Notes: generated from the letters alone by a model not told the origin. Positions 38,448 to 47,286 are shown, counted from the first letter of the stretch. The stretch: DNA of 61,235 nucleotides from Patescibacteria group bacterium (GCA_038063615.1 JBBTUT010000010.1:12035-73269); one strand, 5' to 3'. Program-made: numbers and translations.

Positions 38448-38502
38448 AATTTTCCCTCCTTCGCCTAAAGTCCGTCGGCTTTTATTTGTTTTTCAAAGAT
38501 CT

Positions 38503-38583
38503 TCTGATTTCGTCCTGCCTTCGCCAGCCTCCTTCCGGCTTTGTTTTTGGACTCGTCAGCGCCAGTCTCACTGGCGAATCAGA
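38503..38583 (-). ncRNA. Type III hammerhead ribozyme, extended stem II variant (HHR-b)
   Basis: minus strand TCTGATT|CGCCAG-tgaga-CTGGCG CTGACGA GTCC...GCCGG-aaggagg-CTGGC...GGAC GAA ATCAGA. Confidence 0.75.
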
Positions 38584-38869
38584 GAAGGTTTTTAGAGAAC
38601 CTTCCGAAACTCTTACCACTATGAGAGTTTTTTACGAGACTCTCTTAAACTCGGCATAGTTCCATGCGCTCCGACCGCGCGGTCCCACTGTCGGACAAAG
38701 AAAGATGACTGACTTGCTACCATGCTTGGCAAGCTTCATCCTCTCTGGGCTAAGTTTGATACCGACGACAGTTAAGTGCTTAGCTAAATTTCTGTCGTGG
38801 GCCGCTGATCGAGCGGCAAACTCAAGAGCTTATTTATTTTCCTCCTTTCAAGTCTTTGCAAAGAACTCA

Positions 38870-38920
38870 TCTGTTTCGTCTTTTAAGACACATCAGCGCA
38901 GACACTCATCTGCGGACAGA
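38870..38920 (-). ncRNA. Type III hammerhead ribozyme with A9U core substitution (HHR-c)
   Basis: minus strand TCTGTC|CGCAGA-tgagtg-TCTGCG CTGATGT GTCT-TAAA-AGAC GAA ACAGA. Confidence 0.7.
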
Positions 38921-39040
38921 GAGCATTTTTACGCATGCTCAGTGCGGATGATTTTGTCTCGGCTCATCAACCGGAGGGCTCTGCTTCCCTTGGGCTCCAC
39001 ATTTTATCATCAAGAAAAAGTGGACAAAGACTCTTTAGGA
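38921..39040 (-). repeat. Module M, copy c
   Basis: near-identical to 37564..37686. Confidence 0.75.
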
Positions 39041-39071
39041 TAATGAGCACTGTCGCGCTATTTTGCTCTTT

Positions 39072-39275
39072 TTATTTTTGCCAAAAAGAGCACCTGGTAC
39101 AGGTAGCGGCTATCCGTTCAGCAGTCCAAAGATGTGGGTTCTTGATTGCGCGTACCCAGCGTGTACATCTTTTGCGAGCATCACGCTTGAATAACTCAGC
39201 CTTGCCACAACCATCAAACGGTTGAAGGGATTTTACGGTCCCCTTTCCACAAGTTACAGCTCCCCAATCCATCAT
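39072..39275 (-). CDS. Small Cys-containing protein
   Basis: 67 aa; GAGGAGG SD; first gene after the 39403 promoter. Confidence 0.55.
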   Translation of the reverse strand: MMDWGAVTCGKGTVKSLQPFDGCGKAELFKRDARKRCTRWVRAIKNPHLWTAERIAATCTRCSFWQK

Positions 39276-39402
39276 ATTTCCTCCTCGTTTTAAGCCCGTC
39301 GGCTGTTATTTGACTCTTTCAAAGAACTGCTTGTTTCCTCCTTGAAGAAAGGTACCATACCTGCAATATAGTTGCTGAGGTTTTTAGATGATTTGTGGTA
39401 AA

Positions 39403-39408
39403 ATTATA
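39403..39408 (-). promoter_or_regulatory. -10 box (TATAAT) of a candidate promoter for the 39275-to-37212 unit
   Basis: minus strand ctgTATAAT; weak -35; lies in the divergent spacer. Confidence 0.4.
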
Positions 39409-39480
39409 CAGATAGGCAAAAATGGCTTAAAACAAATGGTTTTTAAAGGGTTGGGGTAAAAAAACTGTTGACGAAAAAAT

Positions 39481-39510
39481 TTGACAAGTAATGCGGAAAT
39501 CGCTTACAAT
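39481..39510 (+). promoter_or_regulatory. Sigma-70-type promoter for the TrmB-like gene
   Basis: TTGACA-18 nt-TACAAT; preceded by aaaaactgttgacgaaaaaatt, a motif also present at 41881..41902. Confidence 0.6.
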
Positions 39511-39531
39511 TTAAAGAAGTTACACAATAAT

Positions 39532-40266
39532 ATGGCTCTCTCAAAATTTTTAGATTCAATAGGACTCGATGAAAAAGACCAGAAAGTATACTTGGCTCTT
39601 TTAAAATTAGTCGATGCGCCAATTTCAAGGATAGCCAAAGTGTCAGGAATTCAACGCACAACGGCATATTATCGTATAGAGAAATTAATAAAACTTGGGC
39701 TTGCTTCCAGCTATCGTCACCACAATGTAAAGCGATTTGTTGCTGAAAATCCAAACAAGATAAGAGGCGTATTGGAAAGCAAGATGCTAATGCTGGATAA
39801 GTATTTACCGGAGTTGCAAACCGTTTCTCTTGAAAGAAAATTGGTTAATTTGAGGCTTTTTGAAGGGATAGGGGGGAGGAAGCAGATGATAGAGGAAGAA
39901 TTAAATTGCAAAGAAAAAATTGTCCGCTCTATTGGATATGCCCGTGATTTGAGAAAGGTCCAAGGTGGCAGTATGGGATTTTCCAAAAGACGAATAGAGA
40001 AAAAAGTTTTTTCAAAATGTTTGCGTCCGCAAGATGATGAGTTTGACAAGGAATGGTTAGCTAGCCAACAAAAAGAATTACGGGAGGTACGGCTGCTGCC
40101 ACCGGGGACGAAACCGTCGGGGATGATCTTTGTCTTTGACAACAAAATAAGCATTATCGCTCCCGAAGAAGAGGAAGGGATAGGATTTCTTATTGAGAGC
40201 AAGAGCTTGAGCGCGACAATGAAATCAATTTTTGATGTATTGTGGGAAATGAGCAGGAGAACATAG
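39532..40266 (+). CDS. TrmB-family transcriptional regulator
   Basis: Trimmed to MALSKFLDSIGLDEKDQKVYLALLKL...; N-terminal wHTH like 53086..53865. Confidence 0.75.
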   Translation: MALSKFLDSIGLDEKDQKVYLALLKLVDAPISRIAKVSGIQRTTAYYRIEKLIKLGLASSYRHHNVKRFVAENPNKIRGVLESKMLMLDKYLPELQTVSLERKLVNLRLFEGIGGRKQMIEEELNCKEKIVRSIGYARDLRKVQGGSMGFSKRRIEKKVFSKCLRPQDDEFDKEWLASQQKELREVRLLPPGTKPSGMIFVFDNKISIIAPEEEEGIGFLIESKSLSATMKSIFDVLWEMSRRT

Positions 40267-40307
40267 CCAACGCATAGCAGGTATCTCCACTAGCACTATA
40301 TTTGTTT

Positions 40308-40850
40308 TTACCATCCCTCTCTTCCTAATATCAAATCTGCATGCTGTTTCATTGGTTCAATATGTTTTTTATGCGACGCTTCCACTTGCGTTGAATGTTT
40401 GATGACCTCCGCCTCAGATCTGCCCCTTTCATTATCGCGTTTGATTCTGCGCGCAAGACGCTCATCAGTTGGTGTGTCTATAAATATTTTCAAATTCCCA
40501 ATCTGTCTTAATGTATCGTGCAGAGCGAATACTCCCTCCACGACAACCAGCCCCGATTTAGCAGGAATAATTTTTATTTGCCCAACCCTTTCAGATGTGA
40601 CCATATCGTATTCCGGGACAAACACTTCTTTCCCGCCGGCAAGATTCAGTGCCATTTTGGCGCATTCATCCAAGTCCACGGCGCAGGGATCATCAAAATC
40701 ATATTCTCCGTTTTCCATCGGTATCATCTTTGACTTTCCTATATAAAAATTATCCGTACTTATGATTGCGGCATCCCCGAATTTTTTGGCCAAAGTTGAT
40801 TTACCCGATCCGCTTCCACCACAAATTAAAATTATTTGTCCTTTTTCCAT
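40308..40850 (-). CDS. Uridine kinase / PRK-family P-loop kinase
   Basis: 180 aa; ICGGSGSGKSTLAKKF, VVVEG, FIDTPTDERLARRIKRDNERGRS. Confidence 0.75.
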   Translation of the reverse strand: MEKGQIILICGGSGSGKSTLAKKFGDAAIISTDNFYIGKSKMIPMENGEYDFDDPCAVDLDECAKMALNLAGGKEVFVPEYDMVTSERVGQIKIIPAKSGLVVVEGVFALHDTLRQIGNLKIFIDTPTDERLARRIKRDNERGRSEAEVIKHSTQVEASHKKHIEPMKQHADLILGREGW

Positions 40851-40906
40851 AGTTTCTATTTTTTAATTATCACTTTTTTGAAAATAATTTTCAATGTCTT
40901 TAAAAA

Positions 40907-40957
40907 TCTGTTTCGTCTTTTCAGACTCATCAGCGCAGACACTCATCTGCGGACAGA
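40907..40957 (-). ncRNA. Type III hammerhead ribozyme (HHR-d)
   Basis: minus strand TCTGTC|CGCAGA-tgagtg-TCTGCG CTGATGA GTCT-GAAA-AGAC GAA ACAGA. Confidence 0.85.
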
Positions 40958-41080
40958 GAGCATTTTTACGCGTGCTCAGTGCGGATGATTTTGTCTCGGT
41001 TCATCAACCGGAGGGCTCTGCTTCCCTTTGGCTCCACATTTTATCATCAAGAAAAAGTGGACAAAGACTCTAGGATTTAG
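40958..41080 (-). repeat. Module M, copy d
   Basis: near-identical to copies a and c. Confidence 0.75.
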
Positions 41081-41153
41081 TGTTTGGAATTACTTCATTT
41101 CACGCATCTCCTTAAGGAGCACTCTTTTAAGGCAAAGTGCACGAAGCCGTTTA

Positions 41154-41645
41154 TTATGGCCAATGATCATCAGCTCCACTGCTGCAAGTTTCTATTTCGT
41201 CATCGCGGGTTGTTGTTATTTCTTTTTTCGTTAACACCTCCCTTTTAAGAAGACTTTTAAGATGGATATAGTTTTCGCTGTCTTTTTCCCAAATGTCATT
41301 TTTGCACTTTATGCATCGATAGTAGACATGAAACTTTTCAACTCCCCGAGTGGCGTAGCCAATTGTATAAGTACCATAACTCATTCTACGGCGTTCATGC
41401 TCAGTTCTTTTCTTGCATTTAGGACATACTATCGTTGTTTCCACCGCCGTTGTCTCTATCGTCAACAAAAACCCGTGGTATTTTGCGAGAGACGGCTTTA
41501 TGCGGTTATTGCATTTTTTGCATTCATAGAAAATCTTGTACCCGTAGAAGAAGTTCGCATCTATATGTATCTCTCCATGCTCTGTTCTTTCTTTGCACTT
41601 AGAACATTCGATCGTTATTTTGGTTTCACTTTTTATTTCTTGCAT
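41154..41645 (-). CDS. Tandem zinc-ribbon protein (internal duplication)
   Basis: 163 aa; CSKCKERTEH...YECKKCNNRI repeated as CPKCKKRTEH...YRCIKCKNDI. Confidence 0.7.
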   Translation of the reverse strand: MQEIKSETKITIECSKCKERTEHGEIHIDANFFYGYKIFYECKKCNNRIKPSLAKYHGFLLTIETTAVETTIVCPKCKKRTEHERRRMSYGTYTIGYATRGVEKFHVYYRCIKCKNDIWEKDSENYIHLKSLLKREVLTKKEITTTRDDEIETCSSGADDHWP

Positions 41646-41695
41646 TTTCTCCTCCCTTTTCGTTTGAAGTTAACTTGCTTTTCGGTTTTCAAAGA

Positions 41696-41760
41696 TCTCC
41701 TGATTTCGTCCTGCCTTCGCCGGCCTCCTTCCGGTTTTGATTTTTGGACTCGTCAGTTCC
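41696..41760 (-). ncRNA. 5'-truncated hammerhead (HHR-e): core, stem II and stem III 3' strand only
   Basis: minus strand ttggaaCTGACGA GTCC...CCGG-aaggagg-CCGG...GGAC GAA ATCAGGAGA; no stem I hairpin or cleavage-site strand upstream. Confidence 0.55.
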
Positions 41761-41767
41761 AAAAGCG

Positions 41768-41773
41768 ATTATA
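41768..41773 (-). promoter_or_regulatory. -10 box (TATAAT) of a candidate promoter for the 41645-to-40308 unit
   Basis: minus strand ttgtcTATAATcgctttt; predicted start falls just before the truncated hammerhead core. Confidence 0.4.
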
Positions 41774-41965
41774 GACAATTTCTTATAAACTTACCGAGAA
41801 TTACTACTAACTGATTACAAATTAATTTACTCTGTCATAAAAACGGCTTCGTTGAGCCATTTTTATGAGTTCCCCATCAAAAAACTGTTGACGAAAAAAT
41901 TGGACAGCGACTGGAAATATCTTAATTTTCTTGTCTTTTTTTAACTAACCTTTTATAATATAGCT

Positions 41966-43222
41966 ATGATAAAAGAATCATTCCATAATTTAGAAAAAGC
42001 CCAATCGGAGGCGGAAAAAATAAAAGGACTGGTCGGAGAAAAAGGTGAGAGTGAGGACTACGCCACGGCAGAAAAACTTTTAGAAGAAGCTGGCGAAATA
42101 GAGCTGGTGGATTTCGACGCTGAAGAAAGCGGTGGTGTTGAAGCGCAAGTAGAAAAAACGACGCCATCCATCATTCCTGAAAAACAAAAAGCAGAAACAG
42201 TGAAACGAGAGCCAAAACCGTATGCCTACAAAGAAATAGATCGACTCGGAGAGCAACTTTCTAATTTCAAGAAAAATGCGAGGGGCGCGCGTAGCAAAGA
42301 GACTCGAAATGCCAATGAAGAAAAAATTAAATTTTTCAGAGAGGAATTAGAAAAAGCAAAAATAGCCAGAAAGGACATCAATGAGAAGATAGAAAACAGA
42401 AATTCAAAATTTGAAAGATTGCTTAAAGATAAATTTGAAGATCTTAAAGATGGAACATGGGAATCAAGTATACCGGAAATTGATTCTGTTCAGGTCTACA
42501 AAGACAAGCCCAGAGAGGAAGGCAAGGTAGAATCTCTCGGCATAAATGTTTTCTGGGGAAAAGACGGGGAAACACACACTGCGCATTTTAAACTTTTGAA
42601 AGATGGTACATTGGTGGGCAAAATGCCGATAGAAAGAGGATTGAATATCGACAAAGATGAGCTTTTTGACGATGTTTTGCACACTATCGAAACAGTAGAT
42701 ATGTCGTTTTTTGAGAATATTAGCAAGAAGATTTTACGCTCCAAACCATCATCTGATAGGCATCCTCATATCGACGGAGTACATACCCCAACTCCAGAGA
42801 AGCCGGACGAAAAAAGAAAACCAAAAGATCCTAGACGCCTAGAATTTATGGGAAACCATGGAAAGGTTCTTTTTGGCATCACAGAAGAGGGATACAACTT
42901 TAATGGTTATTACGGGTTTGTTTTTCCAAATTTTTTAGTATTGGAAAACGAGAAAATCGGTAATGCCGCCATTTTTATTGATTTTGAAAACCCTATCGAC
43001 ATTGACCCGAAAAGATTTAAATTGCCACCAAAAAGAAGAATGACCAAAGAGGAAAGGATGAAAACTCTGAAAGATAACATAGAAAAATACATAAACCTAG
43101 ATGGAGATCAGCTTGAAAAGATGGGGGCAGAAAGAAAGCCTCATCCGCATATGGATAATGAAAAATGGGAAGAAAAAATGAGGCTACGAATAGACACGAG
43201 ATTGACAAAAATAGAAAATTAG
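41966..43222 (+). CDS. Hypothetical Lys/Glu-rich protein
   Basis: 418-aa ORF; no recognisable motif. Confidence 0.6.
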   Translation: MIKESFHNLEKAQSEAEKIKGLVGEKGESEDYATAEKLLEEAGEIELVDFDAEESGGVEAQVEKTTPSIIPEKQKAETVKREPKPYAYKEIDRLGEQLSNFKKNARGARSKETRNANEEKIKFFREELEKAKIARKDINEKIENRNSKFERLLKDKFEDLKDGTWESSIPEIDSVQVYKDKPREEGKVESLGINVFWGKDGETHTAHFKLLKDGTLVGKMPIERGLNIDKDELFDDVLHTIETVDMSFFENISKKILRSKPSSDRHPHIDGVHTPTPEKPDEKRKPKDPRRLEFMGNHGKVLFGITEEGYNFNGYYGFVFPNFLVLENEKIGNAAIFIDFENPIDIDPKRFKLPPKRRMTKEERMKTLKDNIEKYINLDGDQLEKMGAERKPHPHMDNEKWEEKMRLRIDTRLTKIEN

Positions 43223-43276
43223 TATATCGTACTGGTAGTTGTTTTTTTGTAAATCATCAATCAAAAGGAGGGTTTT

Positions 43277-43504
43277 ATGGAAAAGACGGAATTGATTGCC
43301 TGTCACCGAACAGCAGGAAACGACACAATAACCAGAGAGGTATTTTGTAAGTTGGTGGATGTTTTATTGAAATATGCTCCGGACCATGTACGCAATTTTT
43401 TCAAGGATTTTGCCAATGATCCCGAGACAACCGATGGCGAAATCCAAGAAATAACAGATGTCATGCTCAATAAGCTTAATGAGAACACTATCGCCCAATG
43501 TTAA
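43277..43504 (+). CDS. Hypothetical small protein
   Basis: 75 aa; AAGGAGGG SD; followed by a terminator. Confidence 0.55.
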   Translation: MEKTELIACHRTAGNDTITREVFCKLVDVLLKYAPDHVRNFFKDFANDPETTDGEIQEITDVMLNKLNENTIAQC

Positions 43505-43525
43505 CATTGGGCGATTTTTATTTCG
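43490..43525 (+). terminator. Intrinsic terminator
   Basis: cgcccaatgttaacattgggcg palindrome then atttttattt. Confidence 0.75.
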
Positions 43526-43732
43526 GCTAGCATACTCCAAGAGTCATCCTGCTGGACGAGTACTCTCGTACACAGCGTCCGAGCGACGACGAAATATAGG
43601 TACAATACCGCGCGAGAAAAGCGAGCTCCGACAATACCCCGGGGCTATGCCCCGAGGAACCTTTATTGGCTGGGAAAATTGGATAGTCAAGCTCAAAAAA
43701 GGAAGAATGTGCGCAAGAAAGCAGGCTTCTTT

Positions 43733-43767
43733 AAACAAACAACCCAGCCTCTTGCGAAGCCGGGTTG
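43733..43767 (-). terminator. Intrinsic terminator (3' part of module C, copy b)
   Basis: minus strand CAACCCGGC-ttcgcaagag-GCTGGGTTG then TTTGTTT. Confidence 0.6.
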
Positions 43768-43782
43768 TACAATATTTCAAAA

Positions 43783-43824
43783 TTTTTCAAAAAGAACATA
43801 GGATTGACCTCCATCCCGAGGAGC
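43783..43824 (-). repeat. Module C conserved core, copy b
   Basis: identical core to 37121..37161. Confidence 0.7.
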
Positions 43825-43854
43825 CTTCTGTAGTAAAGACACAAACTGGGGTTT

Positions 43855-44172
43855 CTAGCAGTGATAGACATCACACCATGGATGTCTGCCTTCGCTAGTA
43901 TATGCAAGCTTCTCTTCGTCGCTTGCATATTTCGCGACCCTAATCTCAAAAGCGGAGTAAAAGAACTCTCCGTCAAGGAGACTTGCCTGCCCATTTACTT
44001 CCACTTCTCTTCCCAATAACTCTGAAAGAGGTGGCAGCTCAGCGTCCCCGTATTCTATGGCGAGATATTTGCCAGTTGGATGGCATTTCATCACCACGCT
44101 ATTCAGGTCTTCGCCTATAATTTTTCCTGAACAATTAAAATCAACCCAACCCTTATCTACTTCTTTTTTCAC
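43855..44172 (-). CDS. Hypothetical protein
   Basis: 105 aa; GTG start; no motif. Confidence 0.5.
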   Translation of the reverse strand: MKKEVDKGWVDFNCSGKIIGEDLNSVVMKCHPTGKYLAIEYGDAELPPLSELLGREVEVNGQASLLDGEFFYSAFEIRVAKYASDEEKLAYTSEGRHPWCDVYHC

Positions 44173-44226
44173 CTCTCTACCCCCATTCGTTTAAAGCCCG
44201 TCGGCTATATTTTTTTGAAAGAACAA

Positions 44227-44294
44227 ATCTCTGCAAGATTTCAAATTATCTCTAACTTAAAATCTTGATAAAGATGGCAAGTTTCTGACTTGCC
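44227..44294 (-). repeat. Double-hairpin module H2+H1, copy 1
   Basis: H1 44227..44275 (atctctgcaagattt...aaatcttgataaagat), H2 44276..44294 (ggcaagt-ttctg-acttgcc). Confidence 0.75.
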
Positions 44295-44358
44295 AAAAAG
44301 TTGACCGCTACTTTAAGGAGTGTTCTTTAAGCAAAACACACAAAGCTGTAAGCTTGTT

Positions 44359-44745
44359 TCACTCTGTATTTGATTTTATCCTGACCGAGTATCCCACTAT
44401 AAGTTCCTTAAATGCCGTTACCATTTTTAAGGAATTATTAGCGACATATTCCCAATCATTTCTCTCTGCTATTAAAGCTTTCACAGCATTGGATAGTCCC
44501 CTGTCCAATTGCTGCTGGCGAGTTTTCGCCAGCAATTCACATAGTGGTGGTGCCATATCTTCGTAAAAAGCTAGCGCAGGATGTTTTAGGACTGGTATTA
44601 CAGTTACCAAGAAAAAATCTAGATCCGAGCGATAATTGTGCTTTGGTATCGATATTTTCTTCAATATTTCCTCTGTTCTTGGCAGTACAGACCCTCCAAA
44701 CTCGTACAAAAAGGCACCACAAACTGCTCCTGCTCCTATTCCCAT
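44359..44745 (-). CDS. Hypothetical protein
   Basis: Trimmed to MGIGAGAVCGAF with AAGGAGG SD. Confidence 0.5.
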   Translation of the reverse strand: MGIGAGAVCGAFLYEFGGSVLPRTEEILKKISIPKHNYRSDLDFFLVTVIPVLKHPALAFYEDMAPPLCELLAKTRQQQLDRGLSNAVKALIAERNDWEYVANNSLKMVTAFKELIVGYSVRIKSNTE

Positions 44746-44808
44746 CTTTCTGCCTCCTTTTTTCAAATTCCTCCGCTATAAAAATAGCGAGGTGAACTTA
44801 CTAGCAGA

Positions 44809-44870
44809 AGGATAGCATATCGCCACATATTTGTCAAGCATTTGACAAAATTAAGAATATGATATATATT
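44809..44870. promoter_or_regulatory. Back-to-back divergent promoters sharing a TTGTCAAgcaTTTGACAA palindrome
   Basis: minus strand TTGACA(44837..44832)-17-TATCCT; plus strand TTGACA(44842..44847)-17-TATATT. Confidence 0.6.
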
Positions 44871-44910
44871 GCACTCAGATATGTTAAATTAAATCAATAA
44901 GGAGGGCAGG

Positions 44911-45108
44911 ATGCACGGAAAAAATAAATTTATAGAGCCATTAAGAGAAACGGTTAAGCGAATCATTGCGGAGCGAAACCATGGGCTAGGATGCATATGC
45001 GATGATTGCCTGATATTTGAGCTTTTAGGTGCTCAAGACGCCAAAGAGCAAACTCCAGGATCGTTTTTGTTGGAACGCAAAGCGGACAACAATACACCGC
45101 TTAATTAA
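44911..45108 (+). CDS. Hypothetical small protein
   Basis: 65 aa; AAGGAGGG SD. Confidence 0.5.
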   Translation: MHGKNKFIEPLRETVKRIIAERNHGLGCICDDCLIFELLGAQDAKEQTPGSFLLERKADNNTPLN

Positions 45109-45974
45109 AGAAAGTGCGGCAAAGAATGTTTCCAGAATCGAGAGGCCTGCTTAAGGCCTCTTTTTTTTATTTCATCTTCCTTTTGTTTTAAAATATCCTG
45201 TATTATGTTGAGTGCTTTTTCAAGTTTTTGAGGAGCGAGAGAATGTTGTGGCTTATTATTTCGAATAAGTTCCTCATTGAGCCTTTTGACAAATAAAAGT
45301 TGGTCTTGAAAATTCTGAACAATTTCCTCGAGGAACCCAAATTGTAATGGATGTGTCGCCTTATCAATGCTTTTATCGGCGATATTCTTGCAAAGCTCCT
45401 CAAGTTGATCTTTCTTTATTTGAACAATTGCACGAGGAATATTTTCTATTGCACCCTTGGTTTTGCTTATTTCAGAATAATAATATTTCAGATCCGTAAG
45501 TTTTCCATCAGATAGTCTCGTTCTTAATGATCTGTATTTATCTTCAAGAACCCCTTGATCTTCTGAAATAGTCAAGTCGATGGCTATTCTCTCAAACGAA
45601 TCATCTTCTTGTGAAATTTCCAATACGAAATCACTACCTCTTTTTATATCATCAAATTCGCTGGTCAAAATGACATTTGTTTCATAGCCAAGCCAACACG
45701 ACCGCTCCCCTTCCTCATAAAAAATCCCCGCCGCAATCAACGCACGCCCATGTTGCTCCCTAAATTTCGGATCTTTTTTAATTCTCTCAATCTCCCTTTT
45801 ATCTTTTTCAATTTCCTCTTTTGAATACAAACCTTCAAAATCCTCCATTTTTGGAGCTTCGACTTTCAGTACGCCATCGACATATTTTTCCATCGCTTTG
45901 TCCTCCGCCATTGTTAACGGAGGTTCTTTGGCTAAAAATTTATTCTCAAAAGCAACATCAGGTCTCATATTCAT
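45105..45974 (-). CDS. Hypothetical protein
   Basis: 289-aa acidic, helical ORF; own promoter (TTGGCA-15-tgaTATACT at 46069..46043). Confidence 0.6.
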   Translation of the reverse strand: MNMRPDVAFENKFLAKEPPLTMAEDKAMEKYVDGVLKVEAPKMEDFEGLYSKEEIEKDKREIERIKKDPKFREQHGRALIAAGIFYEEGERSCWLGYETNVILTSEFDDIKRGSDFVLEISQEDDSFERIAIDLTISEDQGVLEDKYRSLRTRLSDGKLTDLKYYYSEISKTKGAIENIPRAIVQIKKDQLEELCKNIADKSIDKATHPLQFGFLEEIVQNFQDQLLFVKRLNEELIRNNKPQHSLAPQKLEKALNIIQDILKQKEDEIKKRGLKQASRFWKHSLPHFL

Positions 45975-46089
45975 ATAATTAATTTAGTTTAAATGTTCGA
46001 CACTATGCTATCTAAAATCTCATAATCCACACTAGTACTTTCAGTATATCATTTTTGCTGTTGTGCCAAAACTTGCTATGACCCGAGCC

Positions 46090-46122
46090 AAATAAAAAAA
46101 ACGGCACTTTTGAAAAGTGCCG
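46090..46122 (-). terminator. Strong intrinsic terminator ending the long 52.6-to-46.1 kb unit
   Basis: minus strand GGCACTTTT-caa-AAGTGCC then GTTTTTTTTATTT. Confidence 0.8.
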
Positions 46123-46137
46123 CCTCGCAATTGGCTT

Positions 46138-46773
46138 CTATTCTATTTCCACCAATGCTTTTTCGGCAGTATAGCGCTGGATGCCGAGTTCTTTGCGCAT
46201 CTTGCGTATTATGCCGACCGGCTTATCTACGCAATCAGCGATCACGGTATCTGGCATGCGCCCTAGGAATGATTGGATCTTATCTTTCCAACCATCCACA
46301 CCCTCTTCGTGCGGATACGCAATGCCATTTTGTTTGAAAGCGTTTTTGATGCTCCCAAAATGGACGATTGCGGAATGATAGACCGCTGGATGCTTCTTGA
46401 GAAGCTCCTTCGGGCTAAACCCCTCTTTGCCCTTCATCTGGTCCAAGGTCTGTATCGCGCAGTAGAATTTCATCTCTGCGTGACCTATACCGTTCCGGCT
46501 TCTCGCCATTAGGTACGACACGAACCTTGACCCGCATTTCGGGCATCGCGTGGTGTAGTCCCGCGGGTCCTGATTGAACCCGCGAATGATCTCCGCCGGT
46601 GTCAGCGCGCGACCGCATTTCGGGCAATCACCCTTTGGCTTGTATTCTTCGCCACGGAGCTCTTGAATGAGCCCGAGTTTGAGAGCGATTTTATGCTCCG
46701 CCAAAAGCTGTGTTTCCAACACCGTTCGGTGCGTACTCCTGAAGTGGTGCCCTACCCTCAATGTCAATCCCAT
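46138..46773 (-). CDS. Zinc-ribbon protein
   Basis: 211 aa from ATG 46773; CPKCG...CPKCG. Confidence 0.65.
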   Translation of the reverse strand: MGLTLRVGHHFRSTHRTVLETQLLAEHKIALKLGLIQELRGEEYKPKGDCPKCGRALTPAEIIRGFNQDPRDYTTRCPKCGSRFVSYLMARSRNGIGHAEMKFYCAIQTLDQMKGKEGFSPKELLKKHPAVYHSAIVHFGSIKNAFKQNGIAYPHEEGVDGWKDKIQSFLGRMPDTVIADCVDKPVGIIRKMRKELGIQRYTAEKALVEIE

Positions 46774-46925
46774 CACCTCACCTCCTTTTTAATTTGTTTT
46801 TCCCGTTTTCTGCTATACCCCACCAAGCCTTTCTTGCTCGAATGGGCGCCACCACCATGATGACGAAGCTTAAAACAAACTGCCTCCGGAAGTCTCCTCC
46901 CGACTTTCAATCCAACCTTTTTCAT
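46773..46925 (-). CDS. Small basic protein, translationally coupled
   Basis: 50 aa; GGAGGTGGGAGA SD-ATG; stop overlaps the next ATG as TGATG; below the ORF-track size cut-off. Confidence 0.4.
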   Translation of the reverse strand: MKKVGLKVGRRLPEAVCFKLRHHGGGAHSSKKGLVGYSRKREKQIKKEVR

Positions 46926-46967
46926 TCTCCCACCTCCGCTATTTTTTTGGGACTCTTTTTCAAATCC

Positions 46968-47026
46968 CTTTTAGAAATTTCAAAACAAATTTAAAATTTC
47001 TAAAAGAAAGGCAAGTCTTGCTTGCC
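46968..47026 (-). repeat. Double-hairpin module H2+H1, copy 7 (divergent stem sequence)
   Basis: H1 cttttagaaattt-caaaacaaattta-aaatttctaaaag (13 bp perfect); H2 ggcaag-tcttg-cttgcc. Confidence 0.65.
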
Positions 47027-47035
47027 ACATAGCAG

Positions 47036-47209
47036 TTATTTTACATCGTACTCTGCTATTTTATGCTGATAGTCCGGAGATGGACCCCCGGTGCGATCCA
47101 GAGCATCTTGCACGGATTGTTCCGCCTTCTCACGGGAAGAGTACACTTCTACTATCATCCACCCACACCCCATGCAGTTCATCTGCCTTATAAAAACTTT
47201 TTCTACCAT
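47036..47209 (-). CDS. Hypothetical small protein
   Basis: 57 aa from MVEKVFIRQ; GGAGGTG SD. Confidence 0.5.
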   Translation of the reverse strand: MVEKVFIRQMNCMGCGWMIVEVYSSREKAEQSVQDALDRTGGPSPDYQHKIAEYDVK

Positions 47210-47228
47210 ATGCACCTCCACAAACTCA

Positions 47229-47267
47229 AACCCACCTGCCGATTTCTCGGTTCAGGACTTACGGGTC
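47229..47267 (-). promoter_or_regulatory. 5' UTR stem-loop U1, copy b
   Basis: aacccacctgccgatttctcggttcaggacttacgggtc. Confidence 0.7.
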
Positions 47268-47286
47268 GTATTTTTGAAAGAACAAA

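Noticed and set aside
38632-38739. Possible 35-aa ORF (MKLAKHGSKSVIFLCPTVGPRGRSAWNYAEFKRVS) between HHR-c and HHR-b
   Set aside because: It has only a weak AGAGAGG SD-like sequence and no supporting evidence. The region also folds into several hairpins. Left unannotated.
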